A DNA stretch of 63,639 nucleotides, filler included, from Saprolegnia diclina VS20 (taxonomy: Eukaryota): assembly GCF_000281045.1 (NCBI RefSeq). It is 44 parts of 44 records of this genome, joined end to end, with 100 filler letters (N's around TTAATTAATTAA, not from the genome) between each part and the next. Parts side by side here need not be neighbours in the genome. Positions count along the whole stretch, not along the records: positions 23,993 to 25,419 come from NW_008246426.1; positions 25,520 to 26,953 come from NW_008246427.1; positions 27,054 to 28,469 come from NW_008246428.1; positions 28,570 to 29,983 come from NW_008246429.1; positions 30,084 to 31,497 come from NW_008246430.1; positions 31,598 to 32,992 come from NW_008246431.1; positions 33,093 to 34,481 come from NW_008246432.1; positions 34,582 to 35,967 come from NW_008246433.1; 36 more parts are not named here. The stretch is one strand, 5' to 3'. Each line of letters opens with the position of its first letter. Position 1 is the first letter of the stretch. Below the pieces are notes generated by a model. That model searched no databases. It had not been told where the DNA came from and saw nothing but the letters and a program-made list of their open reading frames with translations. Made by a program: the position numbers and the translations under genes. Positions 23,993-36,332 of this stretch are shown one piece after another.

Positions 23993-25316
23993 CCTCCGGC
24001 TCAGCAGCCACCGACTCTGTCGACATCTCCGTCGTCGTCGGCATCTCCGTCATCGTCGGCATTATCATCGGCGTCGTCTCGGTCGTCGCTGTCATTAGCG
24101 ACATCCCGGCTTCGTCACGATGGGCGTAGAGCTCGTCGACGATCTCCGCAGCCGTCGGACGCGCTGTTGGGTCAAACGCCAAACACTTTTCGGTGAGCGT
24201 CCGAAGCCAAAGCGGGCACGCTTCACTGATGCGAGGCCGCAGCTGGCCCGTCCGCACCAGCGTTTCCACGTTTCTGCGGTCGACAAGCTCCGAGTACGGC
24301 TCGGTGTGCGTGAAGAGCTCGGTCAAGACGACGCCAAACGAGTAAATGTCGGCGGCCGACGTATAGACGCAGTCTTCGGCAGTCTCACCCGGCACTCGAA
24401 ACACTTCGGGGGCGATCCAGCAGATCGTGCCGACGCTGCTCGTCATGAACGCACCAAGTGTTCGCGCCGAGCCCAGGTCGCCGAGGCGCACAAAATGGCG
24501 CTTGGAGAGAAAAATGTTGCGGCTCTTGATATCCCGATGCAACACGTTCTTGGCGTGCAGATCCAAGAGCGCATTCGCAACGACCCACGCAATCGCCAAA
24601 GGCGGTACGATCGCGGGTTCTGTCGCCGTGTCATGATTGGCGTAGCGCAAGGCGTCGTGGTACGCTGCCAGATCGCCGTCTTCCATGTGCTCGACGAGGA
24701 GCGTGGGACAAAAGAGCGGACGCGTCCCAGCCACGGCCAACGGCGCACGCAAGTCCTTGGTGCTGTCGAGGACGGCCAATAGCGGCAGCACATACGGCGA
24801 CGTTGCCCTACCCAACATAAGGGATCTTGAAGAAGAGTGTGCGTTTGTGGTACAGCTGCATCGAAAGAATCTCGGCGCGCATGGCCCTTTGGATGCGGAG
24901 CATGGGGCACTCGGGACCCTTGAGCACCACCGGTTGGTGCTTGTACGATCCCATCGAGACATGAATTTTGTCCTTGGCAACCATTGTCCAAGCGATCGCA
25001 ATGTCCTCTGCGGACGCCTAGACGACAGAGGTTACATGTCGCATGCATTCTCGACACCTAAACGCGAATTCGACTGTACCGCAACAGCCGGCGGGTACAC
25101 GTAGGTATACAGCGTCGCGGCCAATGCCCGATGGAAGCGTCGAATGGCCGTCGCCAAGACCGAGTAGCCGTCCTAACATAGTGTCGCACTTGATGCCAAG
25201 GTGGATGTATCGCACCGGACACGGGATCGTCGCGTCGGCGCCAGACACCAAGAGAGCATCCACCGCCAACGTGTGTTCTTGCTCGACCGCCAACGCCAGC
25301 GCCGTGTACCCTGCCT
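23993..25316 (-). CDS. TKL protein kinase with upstream ankyrin-like repeat, intron-containing
   Basis: HRDIKSRN, LGDLG, GTICWIAPE, ADIYSFGVVL, CLAFDPTARPT. Upstream GYTALALAVEQEH...LLVSGAD. Thr/Glu/Met-rich tail. Confidence 0.9.
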
Positions 25317-27053
25317 GCACACAAACAAGAGTGATGAATAGCATCGAGAGTTAGCGAATCGCATCTAGTTTTACCACATCGACTTGGTTGAGACGCAAGC
25401 CACGCGCTGTGAGCAAGACNNNNNNNNNNNNNNNNNNNNNNNNNNNNNNNNNNNNNNNNNNNNTTAATTAATTAANNNNNNNNNNNNNNNNNNNNNNNNN
25501 NNNNNNNNNNNNNNNNNNNGAGGTGGTCAAGTTGGAGCGCACGCCAAACCGGATGCGCGAAGATTGGCCGTAGCCAGTGCTAGGCATGGTGGAGCTAAAG
25601 TGGCAGTTGCCCATGGTCGTGTATGGTGAAGCTTTGGAGCAGCTGAAGGTTGTTGCTTGCGTCTTGGGCGTCCAAGAAGAATATGAGGTGGCTACAATCG
25701 GGAGCAGCGTAGAAAGGGTGGGAGTGAATTTCTCGCGCAGAAGGTTTGGTTGTCGCTCGACGCGAGCTCTTTCTTTTGCAGATACGTTCCGAGCGCTTCG
25801 ATATCGATGCGCCGCGGCGGCATACAGCTCGACCAAGCATGCGCGCCCGTGATCATGGCCACGCACGGAATGCGTGATCCACGACCGCGATATAGCACAT
25901 TGGGCAGTGAGGAACCTGCTCCAGCGTAGAAAATTGGCGGCTCGCATACTTTGGACTGTCTGAATTTACATAGAAACCGCTGGACGAGGCAGCACTCTCA
26001 GTGTTACTCAAGTATAATGACCAACTAGTCAACGGTTGCACCATGCAACGTGTTGGTGCCACTGGTGGCGCGGCGCGCAGAACGTGGTAGTCCCCGTACT
26101 TCTCAATGGACGGATCTAGCACAACGACGAGTACGTCAGGTGGGACCACGGGCGCCGCAATGTAATCGACGTCGAGTCGCACCAGCCACGTAGCCATCGG
26201 GCACTGCGACGCCACTGGTAGTGGGCCGCTCGGCGCTACAACTGTGTCGGACGGCGGCAGCTCCAACAGCGACGCCGATGCGAGGAACTCGGTACCAAAG
26301 CTGCAACCGAGCGAGTCGACGGACACCAGTGTAGCCGTTTGGTGCGCTGGCAACACGGACGCGACCTTGTTGATGTAGCTCTGGAGAATCGTGCTGACAT
26401 CGGGCAGTCTGGGAGATGTAGCCAACTAGATATGAGGTTTATCACAAGCGTCCACGGTCCTGCGCCCCCACCGATGAGCTGCATGTGTTCTGAAAGAAGC
26501 GTTTGGCTCGTGCGCTGCAAGCCAGCCGACGCAGCCTCGAGATGCGTGAGGCGAACGCAGTTGGGGACGCGCGTCGATCTACGCTGTGGTATCGAATGCA
26601 ACCCCCTCGTTGCCGTTCGAAGTCGAAGCGACCAAGCCAAACTGTACGTTGAACGCACCACGTCGTTGTCGTGGGCATGTGCGCGGGCTCAGACCAACAA
26701 GACACAACTCGGTAATTCTCTAAACCATTGCGCATCCCTGCGCAACTAAATCATTTTCCATACGGTTTTGTATCAAATATGTACCAACTTGACATTTGGA
26801 GATCCAAGGACAAGAGAATCTACAGATGGCGAGGATGCTACCGGTCGAGGGTGGTTAGCTGGACGGCGTGGACACTGCCGTACATCACAACGTCGTAATT
26901 GAGCGCAACCGTGAGCGTCTCGGGACTCGGAGCAGTGACGCGGCCATCCGGCTNNNNNNNNNNNNNNNNNNNNNNNNNNNNNNNNNNNNNNNNNNNNTTA
27001 ATTAATTAANNNNNNNNNNNNNNNNNNNNNNNNNNNNNNNNNNNNNNNNNNNN

Positions 27054-28469
27054 ACGACCAGGAGCAGCGGAGGTGGTAGCCACTGGCCGAGGTAGTTGTC
27101 GCCCGGACGCGTCGGCAGGAAATCGTCAAAGTACCAATCCAAGAGAATACAGTGCTCCGTCAGAGCGTCACCAGGTCGAAACTTGGACTCGATGATAACT
27201 GCCTCCCAACAGGCCTTGAGAAACTCACCAGTGTATGGCTGCGTCAGCGGCGGACACACGGCGTCACGCTCCGTCGCGAGGCCCGCCAAGCTGGCAAGGA
27301 GGTGGCAGATCGCGTTGGTGTTGTCAGCTTTGGCCGCGCGCGCCAGGAGGCCCTCGATGGAAGGCAGCAGCGTCGACCAGCCAAGCGAATCCAAGCTCGC
27401 ATAGATACATTGTGCGGCGCCATTCGGTCCCGTGAGCCCGAAAATCGAGAGGGGCAATGTATCTTTGAGAAAGCGCTGAAGTACCTCGGCGTCTTTGTAC
27501 CGGAGCAAGAGATGCCCGAGCTCGACTGCATCCCTGCTGTTGGCAGCAACGTCAAAAGCCATCAGTGTTCCCAGCACAAAGTCATGGAGACTGAGACCAA
27601 AGAGATCCTCGATTTGACCGGTGTGAATAGCCTCGCGCAGCATAGGGACAGCGCGCGACGAACCCGCGATCGGTACGCGGCAGCGCTTGGGCCAGAAGAG
27701 AATCGCGGTGGCGGGGCATGCGAACCCGTTGGCGGAAGCGTCGTCGTTCAAGAAGAGGTCGGCGCCCCTGCATATGACACCCGAGGTCACAGCGACGGGG
27801 ATGTCGGCGAGGCTCTGGATGCGAGTGACGCGGTTCTCATACCGCACTTCGTACTCGAAATACGGGTCGTCGTCGCACGCGTCGTCCTCGGAACCATAGG
27901 CGTCGTACGTAGGGGGCGCGTGTTCTCTCGATTCGACAAGCGAAATGTCATAGCCTCCTGTCGCAGCAAGCACGTCGACGAGCGCCTTGTCGACGCGCTC
28001 GAGCTGGTTGATCCAGAGCGTCTCTGGACCAATGTCCATGTCGACTGCACGCGCAATGCGCTGAATGTCACTCGGAGGGTCTTGCGCGATCGTCGCAAAT
28101 GCCTCGATGACGTCATCTCGGGTTGCCCGCGGCACCCACGACTGCGGGTCGCACGTCAAGGCGTACACAAGCGCCACGCGACGGCCGGAGGTGATTGGCG
28201 CGCTCGTGATCTTATTGAACGAGGCAAAGTGCTGCGCCAATTTCCGTGACGCTGTCAGCACCTGCGTGTCGGTGCCGTTGGTGAACATCAGCTCACCACC
28301 CTCGTACGTTGACGGCAAAGAGACCAGAAGCGTCCCGACGACATGCGGGATCTCGGGCGTCGGCGCCAGCGTCATTCCGACAGAGTCGATGCAGAGATGC
28401 GACAAGACCACACGGACAGGGCTATTGACGTAGAGCGATCGCTGGAGGGCTGGAAGAATCTTCATATCG
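27054..28469 (-). CDS. 2OG-Fe(II) oxygenase-like family protein lacking iron ligands, partial
   Basis: GTLLVSLPSTYEGGEL...SAPITSGRRVALVY, open across the whole contig. Paralog at 45990-47170. Confidence 0.78.
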
Positions 28470-29590
28470 NNNNNNNNNNNNNNNNNNNNNNNNNNNNNNN
28501 NNNNNNNNNNNNNTTAATTAATTAANNNNNNNNNNNNNNNNNNNNNNNNNNNNNNNNNNNNNNNNNNNNGTGAGCTTGAGCGTCGGTGGGGACATGATAA
28601 GTCAAATTCAAAAGTGAACGTGTTGGAGCCTGTGTTGGAGCTGGGTCTTGGTGGCTTATGGCCCAGAGATGGCGCGTCATCGAGGTCGCACATTGGATCT
28701 TTGCAGTGGATATGATTGGCCGAGAGATCGCGCTTTGATTGAAATGAGTCAATCCAACAACCCGCGGGCTCTATCAATGGCATGCACTGTTGACTCTGGA
28801 ACAGCACCGAAATCCAAGAGCCCATCGATGGCCCCAGGGATGGTGTCCTTGGGCATTAGGTGTTCGGCACTGTTCCATGAGCAGAGGACTCGTTATTAAC
28901 GGTGGCCCATATTCACCCGATGTGACTGCACCATGTTCCTTAAGGCTTAACGCAAGTTTGCGTTGCCATCGTGATACTACGGCTGCCTTCCCGGCAGCAG
29001 CGCGGTATTGGTAGGAATGACACGAAGCATTGATGCTTGTGTGCGCTCTCAGGACGGAAAGACGAAATAAGTGTATGGATTCATGGACACTCCTAGTAAG
29101 AACATTAATCCACATACATATATTGCCTACCCAGTACAATTCTTGCGACCATTCGTACTGTACCTATGGCATTAAAAAACATAAATGTCTACCGGGGCTC
29201 GAAGCTGTGACCAGCCCAACCCTAACGCCAATGATCGCTCGATGATCGGACACCGACGCTCGTGCTTGGACAAACTAGACGCAATGCGTTATTGTGCGTG
29301 GGTACTGTGCAATTCTATTGTGCTCTCCGTCCCGTCCTTGAGCCGAGTCGACGCCAGCAACGTCGATGCCCTCTCTATTGCGCGTATCACACAGCAGGCG
29401 GCTATAAGTGCATTTACACTAGCACCTCCTGAAACGCGTCTGTCCCGCTCGTGAGCATGACGACGCCGGCATAACGCCAGCAGCGCATCGGCGTGCGGGA
29501 CGATACTCGCCATGCATGATTTTCCTCTCCATCGTCCGATACAAAATACAAGTTTATTACGTGGCGTCTCGTCAACGCGCATGGCCGTTC

Positions 29591-29983
29591 TCATGGATGG
29601 TTAGCGTACCATGCCTGGACCTTGGGCAGAGCGGCGACGGCGTCTGCGATCTCATTCCAGCGCGGGTATGCACCGCAGAGCGTCGTGGGAATATCAGCCA
29701 ACTCCCCGGACCGCACGATCATGCGTACGACAAACAACTCAAAGTCAGCGAGCGAGAGCATCTCACCCAAGAGATACGGGCCCTTGGCAGCAGCTGCAAC
29801 GAGCCGCGCCTCGACGCATGCAAACAAGGTTGGGAGCGTGTCCGCAGTGAGCTCTTTTGCAATCGCGAGCCTCTTCGCCGCATCCAACTCAAAATAGTAT
29901 GGACGGAGTTTGGCAGTAATGTCGTCGGACGCGGCAAGGATCTCGTCGACGCGGTAGGCACTGAGCGGGTCCGACGTCGGGTA
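29591..29983 (-). CDS. Glutathione S-transferase, C-terminal domain (copy 1)
   Basis: YPTSDPLSAYRVDEI...GPYLLGEMLSLAD...YPRWNEIADAVAALPKVQAWY. Confidence 0.88.
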   Translation of the reverse strand, partial: YPTSDPLSAYRVDEILAASDDITAKLRPYYFELDAAKRLAIAKELTADTLPTLFACVEARLVAAAAKGPYLLGEMLSLADFELFVVRMIVRSGELADIPTTLCGAYPRWNEIADAVAALPKVQAWYANHP

Positions 29984-30083
29984 NNNNNNNNNNNNNNNNN
30001 NNNNNNNNNNNNNNNNNNNNNNNNNNNTTAATTAATTAANNNNNNNNNNNNNNNNNNNNNNNNNNNNNNNNNNNNNNNNNNNN

Positions 30084-30476
30084 TACCCGACGTCGGACCC
30101 GCTCAGTGCCTACCGCGTCGACGAGATCCTTGCCGCGTCCGACGACATTACTGCCAAACTCCGTCCATACTATTTTGAGTTGGATGCGGCGAAGAGGCTC
30201 GCGATTGCAAAAGAGCTCACTGCGGACACGCTCCCAACCTTGTTTGCATGCGTCGAGGCGCGGCTCGTTGCAGCTACTGCCAAGGGCCCGTACCTCTTGG
30301 GTGAGACGCTCTCGCTCGCCGACATGGAGCTGTTTGTCGTACGCATGATCGTGCGGTCCGGGGAGTTGGCCGATATTCCCACGACGCTCTGCGGCGCATA
30401 CCCGCGCTGGAATGAGATCGCAGACGCCGTCGCCGCTCTGCCCAAGGTCCAGGCATGGTACAAAAACCATCCATGA
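30084..30476 (+). CDS. Glutathione S-transferase, C-terminal domain (copy 2)
   Basis: Same motifs. Contig 30084-31497 is the reverse-complement twin of 28570-29983. Confidence 0.88.
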   Translation, partial: YPTSDPLSAYRVDEILAASDDITAKLRPYYFELDAAKRLAIAKELTADTLPTLFACVEARLVAATAKGPYLLGETLSLADMELFVVRMIVRSGELADIPTTLCGAYPRWNEIADAVAALPKVQAWYKNHP

Positions 30477-31597
30477 GAACGGCCATGCGCGTTGACGAGA
30501 CGCCACGTAATAAACTTGTATTTTGTATCGGACGATGGAGAGGAAAATCATGCATGGCGAGTATCGTCCCGCACGCCGATGCGCTGCTGGCGTTATGCCG
30601 GCGTCGTCATGCTCACGAGCGGGACAGACGCGTTTCAGGAGGTGCTAGTGTAAATGCACTTATAGCCGCCTGCTGTGTGATACGCGCAATAGAGAGGGCA
30701 TCGACGTTGCTGGCGTCGACTCGGCTCAAGGACGGGACGGAGAGCACAATAGAATTGCACAGTACCCACGCACAATAACGCATTGCGTCTAGTTTGTCCA
30801 AGCACGAGCGTCGGTGTCCGATCATCGAGCGATCATTGGCGTTAGGGTTGGGCTGGTCACAGCTTCGAGCCCCGGTAGACATTTATGTTTTTTAATGCCA
30901 TAGGTACAGTACGAATGGTCGCAAGAATTGTACTGGGTAGGCAATATATGTATGTGGATTAATGTTCTTACTAGGAGTGTCCATGAATCCATACACTTAT
31001 TTCGTCTTTCCGTCCTGAGAGCGCACACAAGCATCAATGCTTCGTGTCATTCCTACCAATACCGCGCTGCTGCCGGGAAGGCAGCCGTAGTATCACGATG
31101 GCAACGCAAACTTGCGTTAAGCCTTAAGGAACATGGTGCAGTCACATCGGGTGAATATGGGCCACCGTTAATAACGAGTCCTCTGCTCATGGAACAGTGC
31201 CGAACACCTAATGCCCAAGGACACCATCCCTGGGGCCATCGATGGGCTCTTGGATTTCGGTGCTGTTCCAGAGTCAACAGTGCATGCCATTGATAGAGCC
31301 CGCGGGTTGTTGGATTGACTCATTTCAATCAAAGCGCGATCTCTCGGCCAATCATATCCACTGCAAAGATCCAATGTGCGACCTCGATGACGCGCCATCT
31401 CTGGGCCATAAGCCACCAAGACCCAGCTCCAACACAGGCTCCAACACGTTCACTTTTGAATTTGACTTATCATGTCCCCACCGACGCTCAAGCTCACNNN
31501 NNNNNNNNNNNNNNNNNNNNNNNNNNNNNNNNNNNNNNNNNTTAATTAATTAANNNNNNNNNNNNNNNNNNNNNNNNNNNNNNNNNNNNNNNNNNNN

Positions 31598-32992
31598 TGG
31601 GCCGGAACGGACACGAGGCGGCAGACGCGCAGCGCCTTGACCGTCGGCCCCGTCGTATCGGGGGTCGTACTGTTGGCGACCGTGTCGTCGTCCGCGACGA
31701 CATACGGCAGGCCTTGGGCATCAAAGGCCGCCGCGCGGTTGCCCCAGCGCGACAGCATGTCACCCCACGAGTTCTCATCGCCCGGCACATGGCGGATCAC
31801 ATAGCGGAAACACGCAAGAGCGACCGCCCAACGCGCGAGCTTGTCGGACAAATAACGCGGCTGCGCCGGCGCTGGGTCCGTGCCAAAGATATAGGCCAGA
31901 TTCCGGTGGTCCGTGAGGATGATGAACCCGAGCGTCCGGTGCAGCAGGTAGTCGAGACGCTTGATGGCAAAAATGATGGCATATGCCTCCTTCTCTGTCA
32001 CACTCCATTTGAGCTGCGTCTTGTCGAAGGTACCGCTGAGAAACGCCAGCGGACAATGGTCCTGGTCGGCAAGCGGGAGGTCACGCTGCGAGCGGGGCAC
32101 TTGCGTGAGGACAGCGCCATGGTACAGGTGGCTCGCGTCCGTGCACAAGTAGAAATCGTACTCGTCGTTGGGGTGCGCGAGCGTCACCACGTCGATGAGC
32201 GCCTGCTTGCACGCCTCGAAACAAGCGGCATGGTCCGCGTTCCAGTTGTGATCGCCGAGCGCGACTGAGGCAAGCCGCGTCTTCTTGCGGGTGCCCGTGG
32301 CCACGCATACGGTCTCGAGGAGCACCTGGAGGGGCGCGACCAGCGGGTTGAACTCGGGGATCGCCGAGCGCATCCAATTGATGGAGCAAATAAACTGCTG
32401 CAGTTGGTCGGCAGTGACCGGCGTCGACAAGTCCACGAGTCCGGCGATACGCTTGGGGTCGTGACTGATGCCGGCGGCGCTGATCCGGCGCCCGCACCAA
32501 ATGACGTCCGAGGCAAAAAATGTACACTTGCCCGGGTGAAGCTTGAGGCCGTACTTGACGCAACGCGCGAAGAAAAACTCGAGGAGCTCAATGAGCTCGG
32601 CCGCCGTGCGGGCACTGCCGAGGACGTCGTCGACCCAGCCTTCAAGGCCGTGGCCGTACTTCTCGCCGTACACCTCTTGGGCGACCCGCTGGCAGTAAGC
32701 GACGGCGTCCGTCTGTCCCATCTGGACTCGGGTTGGCGTCACGACCGCATCCGGCGTCATGATGGAGAACCACTCCTGACAGTCGGTATGTAAAGCCAAC
32801 TGCCAAAAGCCGCGGAACCAATCCGCGACAAAGTAGTACTTGGTGGCACACAGGCGCGCCATGACGACGTCGAGGATGGGCATAGGCCACACGAGAGGAA
32901 CCGTGAGCTCATTGACACCGCGCATGTCCACCGTCATCCGGAGATCGCCGTTCTTCTTTGGCACGATCCGCGGCGCTGACGCCCAGTGCGAA
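31598..32992 (-). mobile_element. Ty3/gypsy pol: reverse transcriptase followed by RNase H
   Basis: VPKKNGDLRMTVDMRGVN, DWFRGFWQ, MGQTDA, WVDDVL, LHPGKC; then TDAS, WSVTEKEAYAI, TDHRNL, LARW, HVPGDENSWGDMLSR. Uninterrupted frame. Confidence 0.96.
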
Positions 32993-34581
32993 NNNNNNNN
33001 NNNNNNNNNNNNNNNNNNNNNNNNNNNNNNNNNNNNTTAATTAATTAANNNNNNNNNNNNNNNNNNNNNNNNNNNNNNNNNNNNNNNNNNNNGCGATTGC
33101 CGCCATTGGCATGCTCTTTGCCACCATCATCTCGATGAACAAGACCCATTGATCCTAGACGCGACGCCTTTCGTCGTCGCCCTTTATCTATCTTTTAATT
33201 GAATAACGACTTTTTTGCGCGAAGCGCGGCACGAGCGCAGCGAGGGCACCCGGCGGTAGCCGGGCCCGTGCGATAGCACAGTAGGGACACATGCCATGCG
33301 CGAGCGTAGAGAGTGCATGTGCCATCGATGCGTGCTGTGCGCATCCCGAGTGTAGCGTGTGCACTTGCGATAGTGCACGGCAGCGTGGTAGGATAATGTG
33401 CGCGATAGCGCAATGTACGAGCGTAGTGAGTGCATTTGGTATCGATGGGTTCTGCGCGATAGCGCGGGACCTCAATACTGCGCGTGGGGTTAGATCAAAG
33501 TGTTAGATCGCGATGTTAGAATCGTATCCGGATGTTACATCAGATATGCAGGTTTCAATTGCAATTCGCGCGCGAAGCACAGCGCACGCAGAGGACCCGG
33601 TCATGGTGTGGACGCCAGTCTCGGGAGCCGAGCGCAAGCGCGAGCAGCGGGTGCGCCAAGCTGCACGCGCCCTGGCAGCAGCGACTGCGATCGAGGAGAC
33701 CAAGGAGCTGAAGCGGAAGATCCCCTCGGGGCAGAGACGACAGCAGCGAACCAAGATGACCGCCACTGCATCTCCAAGCGAAGCGCGCGCGTGCAGCGGC
33801 CGCGCCTGCCACAGTAGAATTGCTGGGCCTGCAAATCCGAGTAGCGATTCTTTAAACCACCTTATGAACGTTATACAACCTGCAATGTTGATCATTCCGC
33901 GATGCTGCAGCAAGCTGTTGTGCGTGAAGCGTCCTGCTATGCAGTATTGGACCCGAGTGCTGAAAGGATGGAAAGTGAATTTGACGTAGACATCATTGGA
34001 GCCCTACAAAGAATCGTAGCGCAGCGGAGTTTGCATCATCGTTTCCGGCTGAAGGCCGGTAGCGGCCCGCTGGGCACCGGAACGAAGCGGAGGTCGCGTC
34101 CGTCGCACGCGTCCATCACACATTCGCCACGTGCGTCCTCCCCAGCGCCCTCCAGTCGCTGTATCCTTTACCAATTTTCGAGTCTGCGCAATGGGGCTCA
34201 AGGTCACAACGCTTGGAGGTAGGTACCTCTTGGAATGCCGGCCCTCTAGCGGTCTTTCTGAGTAGCATGTGCAGTGGTTTGATCCGTGTAGAAGGTTTGT
34301 GCAGGTGCTGTCGCGCTTTTTGATTTTAGTTGCGGATGTCTTCCACCCTTACGGGCTCTTGTACCTTCCTACTGCAAACACGCATTAGCGGTCCCGCGAG
34401 TTTGGTCGTCGCCCAACGTAAAACTGTCGAGATTTTTGTACGCTGCGCCAAAGAGCTGCCAAAAGATCGTGACGAATCCAGNNNNNNNNNNNNNNNNNNN
34501 NNNNNNNNNNNNNNNNNNNNNNNNNTTAATTAATTAANNNNNNNNNNNNNNNNNNNNNNNNNNNNNNNNNNNNNNNNNNNN

Positions 34582-34646
34582 AGCTGTTCTTCGCGCGCGC
34601 GGCGCTTGGCCTCCTTGTCTTGGATGTGCTGGCTGTTGTAGAGCAT
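34582..34646 (-). CDS. Gene start resembling the N-terminus at 60524
   Basis: MLYNSQHIQDKEAKRRAREEQ versus MALYSATHHQDKDTRRVAALE. Confidence 0.4.
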
Positions 34647-34677
34647 GGTGTTTTCGATAATGTCGCGATGCCCTTGA

Positions 34678-35460
34678 AGCTCACATCTAGAAGAGCTCCG
34701 ACTCAACAGCGTCGCCGAGGTCGGTGGTTTTCACGGTCGTCAACTCCCGGCCAGCCTTTCTGAATTAGAATGGCGCCCCGTCAACGTGCGCCATTTGTCC
34801 CCGGACGATGCTATTTGGGCCGACCTCCGCCACGCGCTCCGCCGCACGCGGCTCGAGTACCTCTGCTGCGACTACTTTGGCGAAGTTTCGGCGCAGCCAT
34901 CAATGGGCCCCGACCTCTCGCAGCTCAAAAAGCTCGACGTAACATGTTCCCGTGCCGGTGTCGACCACGTGCGAATGCTGGTCGCCGGCCTTTCGCAGCT
35001 GTCGTCGCTCACCGAGCTCTCTCTAGCGCGGATTGCCGTGGACGCCGAAGCGATGCGGTCGATCATGGAGACATTGGCGACAAGTTGTCCTCACCTCGCC
35101 GTGCTCGACATTACCCATCATGAGCTTGATTGGCGCGGCATGCGGGAGGTACTGGTTGCGGTGCCGCGATTGGCGAGGCTCACGCACATCTTTGCCTCGG
35201 GCTGTGCCACCTGTGACGTCGCGCTTTGTTTCGACGAGCTTGTTGCGGCGGGTCGACGCGCAGAAGAGATTGCGTTGCCAACTTGCTACGAGCGCGGCAG
35301 CCGCGAGATGGATGACGTGCTGTGGGCGCTGGCCGCGATACCCGATGTGCCGTTCGTTATCCCGAGCTTGCAGTTGCGAGACGCCGATCCGTATGTCCAA
35401 GCCATACTTGGTGAAGAAGTGCCGGGTGCGAGTGAGCGGTGCAGCTTGTCCTTCAACTAA
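34678..35460 (+). pseudogene. RNI-like leucine-rich-repeat gene, 5'-truncated
   Basis: HLEELRL, QLKKLDV, SLTELSL, HLAVLDI and RLTHIFA repeats. The frame opens directly after TGA at 34675, already inside an LRR. Confidence 0.7.
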
Positions 35461-36067
35461 CTGCGGTGGATGGATTTCTAAATGAAAAGCGGAAACTACC
35501 ATCAACTTGTGTTGCGTCGTCATCGGGTCTGCAGTCAAACAGACTTTGACAACTGTCTACCTCAGTTCGTTATGTGTTGCTGATGACGCGGCGGCCCGCC
35601 GTGGCGGCTTGGTCAGTGTGACATAATACGAACATCATTTCAAAGAAGGAGCATTTACTTCAATTTATTCGTTAGCTGTAGTTATTCTGTATGTACTCTA
35701 CCTACACAAGTCCCAACTCATGGGCCCTGGCCAAAACCCGCGCAGCAAGGTCTCTTCGTACACGAGGGCCACGTCCAGCCCCAAAGTTGATGTAGGGCTT
35801 GCGAGGTGGCTACACCGCGTCAGTATGACTACTCGCAAAGCATCGCTGGAGCGTCAAGTCTGAAATGAAAAGGGCGATTCAACGGTGGCTCATCTAGTGC
35901 TTTCTATTCTCAGAGAACGGGCTCGTGGCGGTGGCAAAATTTCTCTCTCTATCGTTGCGGGAGGGCCNNNNNNNNNNNNNNNNNNNNNNNNNNNNNNNNN
36001 NNNNNNNNNNNTTAATTAATTAANNNNNNNNNNNNNNNNNNNNNNNNNNNNNNNNNNNNNNNNNNNN

Positions 36068-36332
36068 GCCCCTTCGACGGGTACACACAGCCGCGAGCGC
36101 CCGTCTTGAGCGTCAAGCAGACGGCCGACTCGGGGGCCTGGCACCAGCCGTTCTTGGAGGAGAAGAGGCCGGCCTTGCAGTCGCCCGAGGCCCAGTCGCC
36201 TTGCTTGGGGCAGGCGCTGCCGTTGCCGCCGCAGATGGCGCCTTCAATGCAGTAGGTGGCGTCGCCCTCGACGGAGACGTTGGTGCAGGCCGTGGCGTAG
36301 GCGGCAGTGGCGAGGATGATGGCGAGCTTCAT
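36068..36332 (-). CDS. Secreted Cys-rich Car90/mucin-like (putative carbohydrate-binding) protein, copy 1
   Basis: Signal peptide, then CTNVSVEGDATYCIEGAICGGNGSACPKQG...C, the N-terminal domain of this oomycete family. Confidence 0.85.

Noticed and set aside
28570..31497. Giant palindrome centred on the gap
   Set aside because: These are two separate equal-length contigs that ended up adjacent in the concatenation. The symmetry across the linker is not physical.
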